A stretch of 64,000 nucleotides of DNA from an uncultured Verrucomicrobiales bacterium (GCA_938091905.1 CALKOM010000108.1:1-64000); one strand, 5' to 3'; positions 28,643-39,334 are shown, numbered from the stretch's first letter. A program made the numbers and translations. The notes: generated by a model from the letters alone, not told the origin.

Positions 28643-29362
28643 CTAACCGGTGCGTCGTTTCCACGGACTTCGGAGAAAGGAGGACTTCTCGCGGCTTGGT
28701 CGCGGCTTCTTCTCGATGAGGGTGACCTTACGCTCCCGGGCCCGCGCGAGACTCTTGGCAACGTCGCCTTCGTCAGACCTAGGCACGATTGCAGCCTGGG
28801 CCTCTTCCCCAGTCTTCGTGGACGAAAGTTCGGGGATCTGGCAAGCTTCTAGCCACCTTCGTAACGGAGCATCTTTCCTTACAATCAAGGAAGCGGCGGC
28901 CCAGAGAATCACGGGAGTTGATCGTGCAACGATGCCTCGGAGCGCTCCTGTCATGAAACATGCATCTTGGTCTTCCATGACGCCAAATTCTAACAGCGCC
29001 CCATTTATTGACATGGCATGTTCTGCCTCTTGGCCTTGAACTTGTTCTGTGAGCTGATGAATGCCAAGGAGATCGACCACACTGGAAAGAGTGACGCCCA
29101 GCATGGACGATGATTCATCGCCACATGCAGACTTCTCGGCGAAGGCCAGAAGGTCACAGGCCACGGCGAGACACGCAGCAGACTCAGAAGGCGTACGACC
29201 ACCATCATCTGCGAGATCGATGAGCATGCCAGCCGAACGCCACGACGCGAGAGCTGGGGATGAAGATTCAAACTCAATAGACTGCAGGGCGGTGTGCAGT
29301 GACCGAACGACGACTTCGAGGTGTTCTGTATGAAGTGGCATGACAGGGTGGTGACTTTCCAA
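28643..29362 (-). CDS. Hypothetical protein
   Basis: 239 aa ORF filling the gap in a same-strand gene run; no recognised motif. Confidence 0.5.
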   Translation of the reverse strand: MESHHPVMPLHTEHLEVVVRSLHTALQSIEFESSSPALASWRSAGMLIDLADDGGRTPSESAACLAVACDLLAFAEKSACGDESSSMLGVTLSSVVDLLGIHQLTEQVQGQEAEHAMSINGALLEFGVMEDQDACFMTGALRGIVARSTPVILWAAASLIVRKDAPLRRWLEACQIPELSSTKTGEEAQAAIVPRSDEGDVAKSLARARERKVTLIEKKPRPSREKSSFLRSPWKRRTG

Positions 29363-29416
29363 GCAAACCTAACATCGAACAGGATTGAGTCAATTAACCA
29401 TAACTACCAAACTAGG

Positions 29417-30028
29417 TTATTTCATGGCGACAAAGTCTGTTACATGATGATAGTCAGGCGGATCGTGCGGCAAATGTGCGTACGAGAAGTGGTGCCGCTG
29501 GGATGGCTCACCGAAGATGAAGCACACATTTCCCTTGCTGGTGGCACCAAAAGCTAGTGCTTCTTGCAAGAAATCTTGCGGTACCGTCAGGCTTGTTTCC
29601 CAGGATGTTTCTGAGGTTTTTGTAACTAACTGAACCGGCCTAAACGGAGCGCTGGTTGCCTCTGTGATAGGTTCTCGATAGCTGGAGAACAGACTCGCCC
29701 ACCAAGCTCCGAACGGTGCTAAATTGATTTCCAAATAGACATCGCTCGTGGCGTGCTTGATGAAAAGTTCACCCACATCGTGTCGCCACAACTCCGGTGT
29801 GAAAGCATTGGCGTTAGATTCTGCTATGGAGTTGTTCGGATTTTTACAACATCCTGCTGTGAAACTGAGATCCCTACCTGGACCCCATCCTAGATAGAAC
29901 CACGGCGAGAATGGCGGCGTCTCCGATTCAAGGGATACCGATAATTCGGTGGACACTTCTAATGGAATGCTTGGGACGTTCACGGCCAAATTAGCGTGCA
30001 CTGGCCTCCCAAGAAACCACCTTGTCAT
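29417..30028 (-). CDS. Hypothetical protein (possible DOMON/CBM9-like fold)
   Basis: ELWRHDVGELFI...YLEINLAPFGAWW...PDYH pattern; true start uncertain. Confidence 0.6.
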   Translation of the reverse strand: MTRWFLGRPVHANLAVNVPSIPLEVSTELSVSLESETPPFSPWFYLGWGPGRDLSFTAGCCKNPNNSIAESNANAFTPELWRHDVGELFIKHATSDVYLEINLAPFGAWWASLFSSYREPITEATSAPFRPVQLVTKTSETSWETSLTVPQDFLQEALAFGATSKGNVCFIFGEPSQRHHFSYAHLPHDPPDYHHVTDFVAMK

Positions 30029-30461
30029 TGAGTAACTCGACAGACCCGACTTTCACCTGCCAGTAAGTGGTCGAAACACCCGGACTAAAGCCGAGATGGG
30101 ACCGCCTATAATAGCGGCCTCCATAGCCGTAGTAATACGGATCGTAGCCATACCCGTAGCCTAAAGAGAGGTAGGTCTGCGTGGACGCACGTTGCCCGGT
30201 ATAGAGCCAAGTCTCGTAAGGCACCCCACTTCGGCTCCCCTCACGGATATCGTTGGGGCGGCCCCAAGAGAGAAAGACACCTTCTTTGTGCATGCCTTCA
30301 CGAATCTTTCCCTCTGCGACCAACGCACGATCCTGTTCAGAAAGACGATCATAGATCTCCGCATTCTGGGTAATCCGCCGTTCTCGGAGGGTGGTCGATG
30401 AGGCACAGCTTGATAGGAAAGCCAAAACGACGGCGAACAAGATGATGGTGGGGCATTTCAT
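29991..30461 (-). CDS. Lipoprotein (SmpA/OmlA-like) with Tyr/Gly-rich insert
   Basis: Lipobox LSSC; IREGMHKEGVFLSWGRP...ETWLY; GYGYGYDPYYYGYGG. Confidence 0.7.
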   Translation of the reverse strand: MKCPTIILFAVVLAFLSSCASSTTLRERRITQNAEIYDRLSEQDRALVAEGKIREGMHKEGVFLSWGRPNDIREGSRSGVPYETWLYTGQRASTQTYLSLGYGYGYDPYYYGYGGRYYRRSHLGFSPGVSTTYWQVKVGSVELLNDKVVSWEASAR

Positions 30462-30549
30462 AAGACAGGAGGTTACCGCAGGCATAGAGGCAGGCAAGGC
30501 ACCGGAAGTCACTTGTCATTTCCATCGTCCAGGACAAGTTGAAGCGCAG

Positions 30550-31560
30550 ATGGAAGACGCTCACGGCCACCGAATCGCTTACCTGCGAGTCTCGATCACA
30601 GATCGGTGCAATGAGCGCTGCCAATACTGCATGCCAGAGGAGCTTCAAGAATGGCTGCCTCGCCAAGACATTCTTAGCTACGAAGAAATCCTTCGAGTCC
30701 TTCGGGTCGGCGCCGGGCTGGGTATACGTAAGATACGCATCACTGGTGGAGAACCGCTGACAAGGCGCGACGTGCTAGGATTCTTTCGCGCCGTAAACGC
30801 TATTGAAGGCATCGAAGACATTGGGGTATCAACCAATGGCACTTTGTTAGCTACAGAACCAGAATCCTCTGGCATCACCATGGCGCAGCACCTTGTCGAT
30901 GCTGGCGTCCGCACAGCCAATGTCTCACTCGATACGCTCGATGCCGAATCCTATCGGCAAACGACTGGGCGCGACTACTTTAACCGCGTCCTCCAAGGTC
31001 TTGATGCCGCAAAGGCTGCGGGCTTTGAAAGCATCAAACTGAACATGGTGCTTATGCGGAATAGCAACGAGGACCAGCTCGTTCCCATGATTCGCTTTGC
31101 ACAAGACCGCGGCCTTCTTTTACGTTTTATCGAACTCATGCCGGTGAGCACACGGGACGTCCTCAGGGACGACCGTTTTCTAGCTACTGGCAGCACCAAG
31201 AAACTCATTGAGTCTGAGTTCGGACCACTCACCCCCCGTCCAGACTACAAGACAAACGGCCCAGCAAGCTACTACGAAATACCAACAATGGACGGCCAGC
31301 TCATCGGCTTCATTGGCGCCATGACAAACCTCCACTTCTGTGAGAGTTGCAACAAACTTCGTCTTACCTGCGACGGCAAACTTCGTCCATGCTTGGGAAG
31401 CTACCTTGAGTTCAACATGAAGGAAGTTCTTCGACAACCCGACGTGACCGACGACGAAATCGCTGCTTTCTTCCAACACGTCGTTGATCGCAAGCCGAAG
31501 GAACACGATTTTCGAAACGACTATTTGCCCAATCGCAAGATGATCGCGATCGGCGGTTAG
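30550..31560 (+). CDS. moaA: GTP 3',8-cyclase MoaA (radical SAM)
   Basis: YLRVSITDRCNERCQYC, RITGGEP, FCESCNKLRLT...PCL and C-terminal IGG. Confidence 0.97.
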   Translation: MEDAHGHRIAYLRVSITDRCNERCQYCMPEELQEWLPRQDILSYEEILRVLRVGAGLGIRKIRITGGEPLTRRDVLGFFRAVNAIEGIEDIGVSTNGTLLATEPESSGITMAQHLVDAGVRTANVSLDTLDAESYRQTTGRDYFNRVLQGLDAAKAAGFESIKLNMVLMRNSNEDQLVPMIRFAQDRGLLLRFIELMPVSTRDVLRDDRFLATGSTKKLIESEFGPLTPRPDYKTNGPASYYEIPTMDGQLIGFIGAMTNLHFCESCNKLRLTCDGKLRPCLGSYLEFNMKEVLRQPDVTDDEIAAFFQHVVDRKPKEHDFRNDYLPNRKMIAIGG

Positions 31561-31564
31561 AGCG

Positions 31565-32494
31565 TTAGGAGTTTCCACGCAATCGCCAGCGCAGCACCAT
31601 CGATACCAGGTCGCCCAACAGCACAGCGACACTGCCCAGTAACACGAAGAAGAGCATCTCATCGAGACGATCCTTGGCACGAGCTTCTAACAAATAATAG
31701 CCGAAGGTCGGGATTCCTAACATTCCAAGAACGGTGGCATCGCGCACGCATGTTTCCCACCGATAAAAGAAGAACAGTAGAAGGCGAGAGAAGGCGTTCG
31801 GCACCGCGCTGAATACATAAATTTGAAGTCGCGAGGCCCCTAAACTCCGCTGTTCGGCAGGTCCTGAAGTAGCTTGATTGTCAATCAGTTCCGAGCCCAG
31901 CCGCCCGAGAATCCCCGTATTGTGAATCGCCAGCGCGAGCACGGCTGGCCACGCGTTGAACCCAAGTGCGACGACGAGGAAGAAGGCGATCATATATTCA
32001 GGAATCGATCGCGCCAAAATCAGTAAGAACCGAAACACACGGTGACTAACACCCCAAACAAACGTTCTCCAACGAGCCACACTTTCATGAGGCAGTAAGT
32101 AAGGGGAAGCTCTGGCCAATCTCCAGCTCGCCATAGGGAGGCTAACGAGGCTAGCCATCCCTGCCATGACGATCGCGACCACCGACAACCCCAACGTATA
32201 GCGAAAAGCCTGCCCTCCGTGAAGCTGCCATTGTTCCGAAAACCAATGCGCACCCAGGCGTAGTTTCTCCGAAAAGCTGGCATCCACAGCTTGCTGCACA
32301 GGAAACGGAAGGGTCTGGCCAAGAAATCTCTTACAATTCGCCATCCGCCGATCCCAATCGAACGAACTCACTTCAAATTCGCCTGTGAACCACACCGCAA
32401 CCAGCAAGAAAGCAAAGCCTAACATCGACAGTCGCACGAATCGATCTCGCGGACGAGTCGAGCGTAGCCGTGCAATCTCTTCCTTCTGGTTCAT
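31565..32494 (-). CDS. PhnE/PtxC-family ABC permease
   Basis: RSIPE, LALAIHNTGILGRLGSE, YRWETCVRDATVLG. Confidence 0.9.
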   Translation of the reverse strand: MNQKEEIARLRSTRPRDRFVRLSMLGFAFLLVAVWFTGEFEVSSFDWDRRMANCKRFLGQTLPFPVQQAVDASFSEKLRLGAHWFSEQWQLHGGQAFRYTLGLSVVAIVMAGMASLVSLPMASWRLARASPYLLPHESVARWRTFVWGVSHRVFRFLLILARSIPEYMIAFFLVVALGFNAWPAVLALAIHNTGILGRLGSELIDNQATSGPAEQRSLGASRLQIYVFSAVPNAFSRLLLFFFYRWETCVRDATVLGMLGIPTFGYYLLEARAKDRLDEMLFFVLLGSVAVLLGDLVSMVLRWRLRGNS

Positions 32495-33351
32495 GCAGCG
32501 TGATGGGTGGTAAGGCGTTGACGGACCGCACCACTCCAAAGATCGCAGACCACTATGATTGCTAACAATGCATAGAGATAAGCCCAGACCTCATGAAAAT
32601 GGCGTTCCCCCCATGAGAGCGACAAGTAGTAACCTAGTGTAGGCGCACCAAAGAAACCTAACACAGCCGCAGATCGCAGACCACACTCGAATCGGTAGAG
32701 TAAGTAGGCAAAGAGATCAGGTAACACCGTGGGTAGTAAGCCAAAGACGTATACCTGAAGAACCGAAGCTCCATTCGCGCGCAGCCCTTCAGCCGTGGCA
32801 CGTGGAGCTTCATCAATGAGTTCGGAAAAGACCTTTCCCAAGGTCGCACTATAGGGAATTGCGATGGCGATAACCGCGGCAAGTGGGAGGTTCCCAAGGG
32901 CCTGCAGAAACAGGATGGCCCAGATAATCTCATGAACCGATCGCAGGATAGTCATGACCAGACGCACTAGAAACATCGACGACATCGACAGCACACGAAA
33001 CGGTTTGGCAGGCGACGCCAGGGCAAGCCAAGCTCTGGTCGAGCCAATCAGCCCGAACACTAAGCCACCGATGAGAGAAAGACCGATGGCAGCCGCCGCA
33101 TAAAGCAGGGTCTTGTAGATGGCGAAACCGATCTCACTAAGAAAGACACCATCCGAGGCAGGATTCGGATCTTCATAGGCCAACGCCGGGCGGAGAGCGG
33201 CCTTAAAGAATTCCCCCAGTTGATGCCACTGAGCTCTTCCAAAGAGCTGCGCAGGGTCTAACTGGATCAACCAGGCACCGATCATTCCCGCCAGAAGGAT
33301 GCCCAACAAAGCAGATCGACGGGGGCCAAGCCAGTGCGCCGCGCGGTTCAT
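32491..33351 (-). CDS. PhnE/PtxC-family ABC permease
   Basis: RSVHEIIWAILF, LGKVFSELIDE, YRFECGLRSAAVLG. Confidence 0.9.
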   Translation of the reverse strand: MNRAAHWLGPRRSALLGILLAGMIGAWLIQLDPAQLFGRAQWHQLGEFFKAALRPALAYEDPNPASDGVFLSEIGFAIYKTLLYAAAAIGLSLIGGLVFGLIGSTRAWLALASPAKPFRVLSMSSMFLVRLVMTILRSVHEIIWAILFLQALGNLPLAAVIAIAIPYSATLGKVFSELIDEAPRATAEGLRANGASVLQVYVFGLLPTVLPDLFAYLLYRFECGLRSAAVLGFFGAPTLGYYLSLSWGERHFHEVWAYLYALLAIIVVCDLWSGAVRQRLTTHHAA

Positions 33352-34130
33352 GATTCGACTAAATCGCTCTGGTCTAAATGATAGAGCTCCTCGAAGTCTG
33401 TATCCGTCCAGTCTTGGGCAGGCGCATCTTTAAAGATCTTACCATGCCGCACGCCAACGAGCCTGGGAAGAAACGCCCTTGCGAGTCGTTGATCGTGCAA
33501 ACTCACGCCTAGAGTGAGCTGTTGTTCCTCGGCCAATGTAGACAACAAAGCCATCGTGGCTTCGGCTCGCGAAGGATCGACACTCGCCACGGGTTCATCC
33601 GCCAAAAGGGCTTGCGGTGCTTGATAAAGAGCTCTGGCGATGGCCACCCGCTGTTGTTGGCCACCTGAGAGCGTATCGACCTTGGCAAAGAGCTTCTCAG
33701 CAATCCCAACGCGCTCTAACAACGCATGAACTTTTGTCTGCTCAAATTCGCGAGAGAAGAAGACCGAGCGGAGACTTGCCCAGAAGCCTTGCTGTCCCAA
33801 GCGACCGAGCAGGACGTTCTGCAGAACGCGCAAACTAGGCACCAGGTGGTAGTGCTGGGGAATGAAACCTATCGCACTACGCACCTGGCGGAGATTCTTC
33901 TGATCTAATTGCTCCAACGCTTGCCCAAGCAACGAAATCTTGCCACTCGTCGCCTGTTGATTGGCGTTGAGCAAACGTAAGAGCGTGGTTTTTCCAGCGC
34001 CACTTGGGCCCACAAAACCGACACGCTCACCTGGTGCAATCGTTAGCGAGACATTATCTAACGCTACCAGGTCAGCGAAACGCACGGTGACGTCACGCAA
34101 TCGGAAAGCCGCCTGAGCGGCGGTGCTCAT
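33348..34130 (-). CDS. PhnC-type ABC ATP-binding protein
   Basis: Walker A GPSGAGKT, LSGGQQQRVAIARA, LADEPVASVDP. Confidence 0.93.
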   Translation of the reverse strand: MSTAAQAAFRLRDVTVRFADLVALDNVSLTIAPGERVGFVGPSGAGKTTLLRLLNANQQATSGKISLLGQALEQLDQKNLRQVRSAIGFIPQHYHLVPSLRVLQNVLLGRLGQQGFWASLRSVFFSREFEQTKVHALLERVGIAEKLFAKVDTLSGGQQQRVAIARALYQAPQALLADEPVASVDPSRAEATMALLSTLAEEQQLTLGVSLHDQRLARAFLPRLVGVRHGKIFKDAPAQDWTDTDFEELYHLDQSDLVES

Positions 34131-35026
34131 CTGAGAAATCCTAGGTCCGTCGCCACCTTGACGATGGTTTCAAAATCCGAGTTCTTCGCCGTAATGAGTT
34201 TCTCGCGGTTGAAGGCTGACTTGGCCAATGCCCCGTCCATTTCTATGAGAGCACTCTGGAGCCTGTCCGTGAACCCATCACCAAAGAGGGTTTCCAGAGC
34301 TGGATGCGCCGTGAAGTTGTAATCATAGTAGGTCGGTGTTTTCCAAATGATGCGGCATGCTTCTGTGTCCGATCCCGCCTTCTCGGCCCAGGAATCATAC
34401 GTCTTGAAATTCACGGCTCCCACTTGGACTTGACCGGAGGCAACCAGGTCAATCGTGAAATCATGCGCTCCGGAGAATCCTGGTTTCTGACCGAAGAACT
34501 CCTCAGGCGACTTGCCCGTGTTCTCGCGTATAAAATACTCCGGCATGAGCCGGCCAGATGTGCTCTTGTTGGATCCGAAAGTGAATGTCTTCCCCGCCAT
34601 CGCTTTGGGAAAACTCTCCGATGCCGTCAAGCCCGTGTCCTTGTGCGCAATAAAGTAGGACATGAAGTTCGGATCAGCCAAACCTTGGGCAATCGCCCGC
34701 GCACCCTTCACATTGTGCATGGCCTGCACACCTGTGAGACCGCCAAACCAGGCGATGTGAACGTCGCCAGCTTCAAACATCTGCACAGACGCTGAGTAAT
34801 CTGTGGAGGGCACATATTCACAGGTTACCCCCAGTTTCTCGGTGAGGTACTCGGCCACAGGATCAAACTTCGCCTGGAGGGCGACTTTGTTCTGATCAGG
34901 GATTGCCGTAAATTTCAATACAGCGCCACTTCCGGCTGCAGAGTCTGAGGGACTCTTCTTGGTACACCCAGTCAGCGCGACTACGACCGCAGTCACGCCC
35001 AACAGAATAATAGAACTAAACTTCAT
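34127..35026 (-). CDS. PhnD-family (phosphonate/putative selenate-type) substrate-binding lipoprotein
   Basis: Lipobox LTGC; FTAIPDQN, AWFGGLTGVQA, TFGSNKSTSGRLMP, WKTPTYYDYNF. Confidence 0.88.
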   Translation of the reverse strand: MKFSSIILLGVTAVVVALTGCTKKSPSDSAAGSGAVLKFTAIPDQNKVALQAKFDPVAEYLTEKLGVTCEYVPSTDYSASVQMFEAGDVHIAWFGGLTGVQAMHNVKGARAIAQGLADPNFMSYFIAHKDTGLTASESFPKAMAGKTFTFGSNKSTSGRLMPEYFIRENTGKSPEEFFGQKPGFSGAHDFTIDLVASGQVQVGAVNFKTYDSWAEKAGSDTEACRIIWKTPTYYDYNFTAHPALETLFGDGFTDRLQSALIEMDGALAKSAFNREKLITAKNSDFETIVKVATDLGFLR

Positions 35027-35085
35027 AAACGAGGGCTAAGACTACGTAGGCTCTTAAGTGAAGCAAGCACGACATTAAGGGCTAT

Positions 35086-35619
35086 TTAGACATCCCTGTC
35101 TAGGTCATCGATGATCTGTGGAATGGCGTCACTCAAGATCGTAAAAACTTCCTCAAAATCCATCTGAGCCCCTCCCATCGGGTCCGGCACATCCTGATCT
35201 CGATACTCTGATAGCGTCGAAAACTCGGTCACCAACCGTGCTCCTACCGCTTCTTTCGGGAACTGTCGTTTTAAAGTGGTCAGATGCATCTCCGTCATCG
35301 CGTAGATGTTAGTCGCACTCTTGACTATCTCCTTGCTCACCCGCATGCTCGTCAGGCCCTTTCCACTAAGCCCTCGGAACTGCAGTAGTGCAAGAACCTC
35401 AGGCACAGGCGGCAAGGAGTGATCTGAAAAGAATCCAGCAGATGAAAGCTGCCATGGACGGCTTCCCAATTCAGCTCTGCAAATGGCCTCGGCCATCGGG
35501 CTCCGGCACAGATTTGCCGTGCAAACGAATAGCAAATGAGGGTGGCGGGGTCGCGTATTGAACCAATGTGAGAACATCGCTGATATCGGGAGACGAAGGC
35601 TCCGTGGCATTCTGGCCAT
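35086..35619 (-). CDS. Low-molecular-weight protein tyrosine/arginine phosphatase
   Basis: P-loop FVCTANLCRSPMAE; DVPDP general acid; start uncertain. Confidence 0.9.
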   Translation of the reverse strand: MARMPRSLRLPISAMFSHWFNTRPRHPHLLFVCTANLCRSPMAEAICRAELGSRPWQLSSAGFFSDHSLPPVPEVLALLQFRGLSGKGLTSMRVSKEIVKSATNIYAMTEMHLTTLKRQFPKEAVGARLVTEFSTLSEYRDQDVPDPMGGAQMDFEEVFTILSDAIPQIIDDLDRDV

Positions 35620-35721
35620 GTCAACGGGTACCTGCTAGCTAAATGACGTAAAGCTGCAGGGCGCTGCTATAAACCAGACGTCAGGCTTGCACACACCAGG
35701 TATCTTATTCGAGGCTTTAGA

Positions 35722-36966
35722 ATGCTTGAGTTTACGGACGCTACGTACGAATTCTTTCCAGCAAAGCCCAACAGCTTAGTGCTCTGGCTTGGAAGGCTCT
35801 TCAATCGGCGACGCAATCTTCCCGGTCACCGGCATCTGATTTCCGATGTCGAAGTTCGGGGAAACGATCGCTTGGACGAAGCTCGTCGCCTCGGAGGCAA
35901 TCGCTGGTTCTTTCTCGTCAATCACTCCACCCACAGTGACGCCCAGATCTTGGCAGAAGCTCAACGAATAGTGGGCGTCCGTTCTTGTTACATGGCCGCC
36001 TACGACGTGTTCCTGCGAAGCAAATTCCAGGCCTGGGTCATGCAGCATGCCGGCTGTTTTTCCGTCAATCGCGATGCTAGCGACAGTCGCTCCATGCGGG
36101 AAGCCATCCGAATTCTACTCGAGAATCGCTATGGGCTAACACTCTTTCCAGAAGGAAATGTCTACCTCATGAATGATCGCGTCAACCCATTCCTCGACGG
36201 CGCAGCCTTCATCGGAATGAAGGCGCAGAAACAACTTGGCAAGGACGCTCCCATCTTCGTCATTCCCACGGCAATCAAAGCGACTCACCTCACAGATCAA
36301 CGCGAGTCCATTCGAACAAAGCTCGCTCAACTGGCCACCGATATCGGCCTCGAATTCGACACCAGTACACCGATACTAGAGAATATCAAACGAGTCGGAC
36401 TCAGCGCACTCGACCGGTCCCTCAAACAACGCGGGCTCATTTCTGACACGCCAGACGGCTTGCCCCTGCGCGCTCACTTGGAACACTGCGCCGAACTCAT
36501 GACCAACGGCTTGGAAACCAAGATCGGTCTTTCAGCCAAAGCAACTATGCCACTCAGCCAGCGCATTCGCCAAGTGCGCACACGCATCCATAAGGTCCGA
36601 GCAGATCCAAATGCCAAGGCCGATCATCAAGTCGCTGCTACCTGGGCAGACGAGGCCATGATCGCCCTCCGTATCCTCAGCTATGCAGGCGATTACGTCG
36701 AGTCTAATCCCACGCTTGACCGCTGTGGAGAGTCTGTAGAGAAACTGCTAGAAGATATCTATTCTCAGGTCCAAGCACCCTATGGGAACCGTCGCGCAAT
36801 CGTGGAAATCGGTGAACCAATCAATCTCCGTGATCGTCTAGACAGCTACGCAAGCAATGCCCGCAAATGCGTCAGTGAACTCACAGCGCTAGCAGAGTCC
36901 CGTATACAAACTGGACTTGATTCTATCAATACCACGAACACAGCCATAGGAAGCACACGTTTCTAG
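35722..36966 (+). CDS. PlsC-family phospholipid/glycerol acyltransferase
   Basis: NHSTHSD (HX4D), FSVNR and LFPEG motifs. Confidence 0.88.
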   Translation: MLEFTDATYEFFPAKPNSLVLWLGRLFNRRRNLPGHRHLISDVEVRGNDRLDEARRLGGNRWFFLVNHSTHSDAQILAEAQRIVGVRSCYMAAYDVFLRSKFQAWVMQHAGCFSVNRDASDSRSMREAIRILLENRYGLTLFPEGNVYLMNDRVNPFLDGAAFIGMKAQKQLGKDAPIFVIPTAIKATHLTDQRESIRTKLAQLATDIGLEFDTSTPILENIKRVGLSALDRSLKQRGLISDTPDGLPLRAHLEHCAELMTNGLETKIGLSAKATMPLSQRIRQVRTRIHKVRADPNAKADHQVAATWADEAMIALRILSYAGDYVESNPTLDRCGESVEKLLEDIYSQVQAPYGNRRAIVEIGEPINLRDRLDSYASNARKCVSELTALAESRIQTGLDSINTTNTAIGSTRF

Positions 36967-37244
36967 TAAGGCCCCCTGAGAGAGTGCCCAGCAGTCTTTT
37001 CAGAAATTGGAAGACTGGTAAGAATGGGACGCAAGCGCTGTCTCAGGGGCTTAACTATCAACCCTCACGGGGTGGTTTTCATATTCTTTATAGTGAATGG
37101 ACGCACTGCCTCAATCTCGGCCTAAGGTTCTTCTCATGAAAGGGCAGATTCAAGTCAGCCGATGTGGGCTACTTCGCCGAGCGTTTCCAACGGTTGTGGC
37201 TATCTGCCTTCTTTGCTCATCTTACACTAATGTCCAGGCTCGTC

Positions 37245-37721
37245 TCATCCAACTGGATTGTTCCTGCGTTTCGCTTTATCACCATCGCTCTCTAGCGCTG
37301 CAGCCTCCGAGTCGGTGAGATCCTTCAATCCTATGATCCCAGGTGACCCGCCGATAGGTTGAACCATCCACACGCTCGTCTTCTCGAGCAACGCTCGAGA
37401 AGACGAAAGCCGAGGGCTGGAATGCCGGTCGGCACACGGTCTTCCCGCAAAGCAGTAGTATCCCTGGAGGTCTCTCCATCGCCGATCCGGAACTCCATCC
37501 AAGTGAACGGCACGGCCTCTCCGAAGATCTTGAACTTGCCTTCTTTCCAGAATCGAATCTCAACCTCCAACGAATCGGGACCAACAGCCCTCGTTTGAAT
37601 CTTCAAGCCAAGTTCCTCTGCCTGAGCTTTGGTGAGGTAGCCAATGGATAACATCGAGAAACTTGGAATCGCCGTGATCGCCAGGAGACCACAATCGCGG
37701 GGAGATTCTGAACAACGCCAT
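37245..37721 (-). pseudogene. Frameshifted hypothetical secreted protein
   Basis: Overlapping ORFs 37331-37654 and 37245-37502 read as consecutive protein-like segments with a frame switch near 37390. Confidence 0.4.
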
Positions 37722-37763
37722 CAGTGTGGATTACTTAGCAGATCACCCAACAAATAGGCCTCG

Positions 37764-38730
37764 TTAGCGGAAATCCATTCCGCCAGCACTCACTATCAGC
37801 ACCATGCGATCGACAGCCTGGGGATCTCGCGCAATGCAAATGGCAGCCACGTTCCCAATAAAGTCGATATCATGTCGACCTACAAATCTACCGGTATCAT
37901 CTAACTCGATCAATCCGCTCGCGGTCGCGACGAAGTAAGAGCCCCGTTCCTTGAAATGAACCATCGAATTTACTCCACCCAAACCATGCTCCTCTAAATC
38001 AACGAACACACCGAGAACTTCACCCGTTCCCGCATCTAGCTCTAGCACCTGTCCATTGCCTCTCGACCCTCCTACTAGCAACTTTCCGTCGGCGTCCATC
38101 AGAACACCATAAGCATTCTTCATCACCTCGGGATCCATCTGGAAGCGCATCGGCGGAAGATCCACGCCAAGAGTGTGCTTTCCCACTGCTCCACGAAAGA
38201 GATGAGTCGTGAACGACGACTGGCCACTCACAGCAAACCCGCAAACGTTGCCACCGATTGATTTGCCCTGATAGGATCGACCCAATGTCCCATCAGGGAG
38301 ATACACCCGGACTTCATGAGTAGTATCATCCGCAACATAGATTTGGTCACCGTCATCTACATAAATCTGAGCCGGCCCATAACGCCCGATAGGCTCTGTA
38401 AAATCAGAGATCTCAAGCCCTGCATCTGTCAGGCCGATGCGGATAACGTTCTTGTTTCCTTGCCGTGTCTGTCGCCACGTAGAGATCCCCACTGCTTGAT
38501 TGGCCAATTCCTCGAGGACTCATAAGCTCCGTGAATCTGATGACGCCTCTCGCAGCATTCATCTCAATGTCATAAGACATGATATTGTTAGAATTAAAAC
38601 CCGCCAAGAGCAATACCTGCCGAGAAGCTTCCGCATTCTCAGCAAAAGCGGTTTCAGACTCAACCTTCCGGAAATGAAAGAAGGCAAACCCTGAGAGACA
38701 TAGCAAAGCGACGACAAACCATCGATTCAT
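37764..38730 (-). pseudogene. Secreted NHL/Vgb-like beta-propeller protein split by a frameshift
   Basis: 38413-38730 has the signal peptide and SPRGIGQSSSGDLYVATD; the blades continue in 37764-38507 (NVIRI..., GDQIYVADD, DADGKLLVG); shift near 38460. Confidence 0.7.
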
Positions 38731-38845
38731 CAGGGTAACCTGACAGGATTCACCTGGCCGACAAGGCGATTCCCACGGACAACCGCAAGCTTCGTTTTTA
38801 CAAACTCGTTACAAGACCAAGGTCAGTTTGTGTTATCCTGAAGAC

Positions 38846-39325
38846 ATGAAGTTACTACCAACCTTACTCTGTTCACTCATTGCTCTTTCCCAAATTGCTC
38901 CAGCTGGTGGAAATACTTCCATCATTGACATCGATAGTGTTTCCGAAATCAAGGTGGAGGAAGGAAGAATCACAATCAAAGGCAATGGCATAGTCAAACG
39001 CCGGGTGATGAGCACTGCCGAGAAGGGAGATACCACGGTATTTGGGCAGCCAGCTCAGTGGCTCCACGCGAAAGTCAAGCACGCCGTGTTTGAAGTCGTC
39101 CCCTACTTTACTCCGGACCTTAAAGGTGTGCCGACGGGTGGCCATGATGACGAAGAATTGAAACGCTTGAGCGACGAGTGGTGGAAATTCACCCATGCGA
39201 CGGCAAAGAAGATACAGAAAGGAGATGCCGTCACCATCGGATACCAGGGCGATCGAACCACGATCAACGGCTTCCGCATCACCAAGATCGAAGGTTATGG
39301 TTTTGTGAGTCTAAAGACCAAGTAA
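38846..39325 (+). CDS. Secreted hypothetical protein
   Basis: Signal MKLLPTLLCSLIALSQIAPA; 159 aa. Confidence 0.7.
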   Translation: MKLLPTLLCSLIALSQIAPAGGNTSIIDIDSVSEIKVEEGRITIKGNGIVKRRVMSTAEKGDTTVFGQPAQWLHAKVKHAVFEVVPYFTPDLKGVPTGGHDDEELKRLSDEWWKFTHATAKKIQKGDAVTIGYQGDRTTINGFRITKIEGYGFVSLKTK

Positions 39326-39334
39326 GCTCAATTA

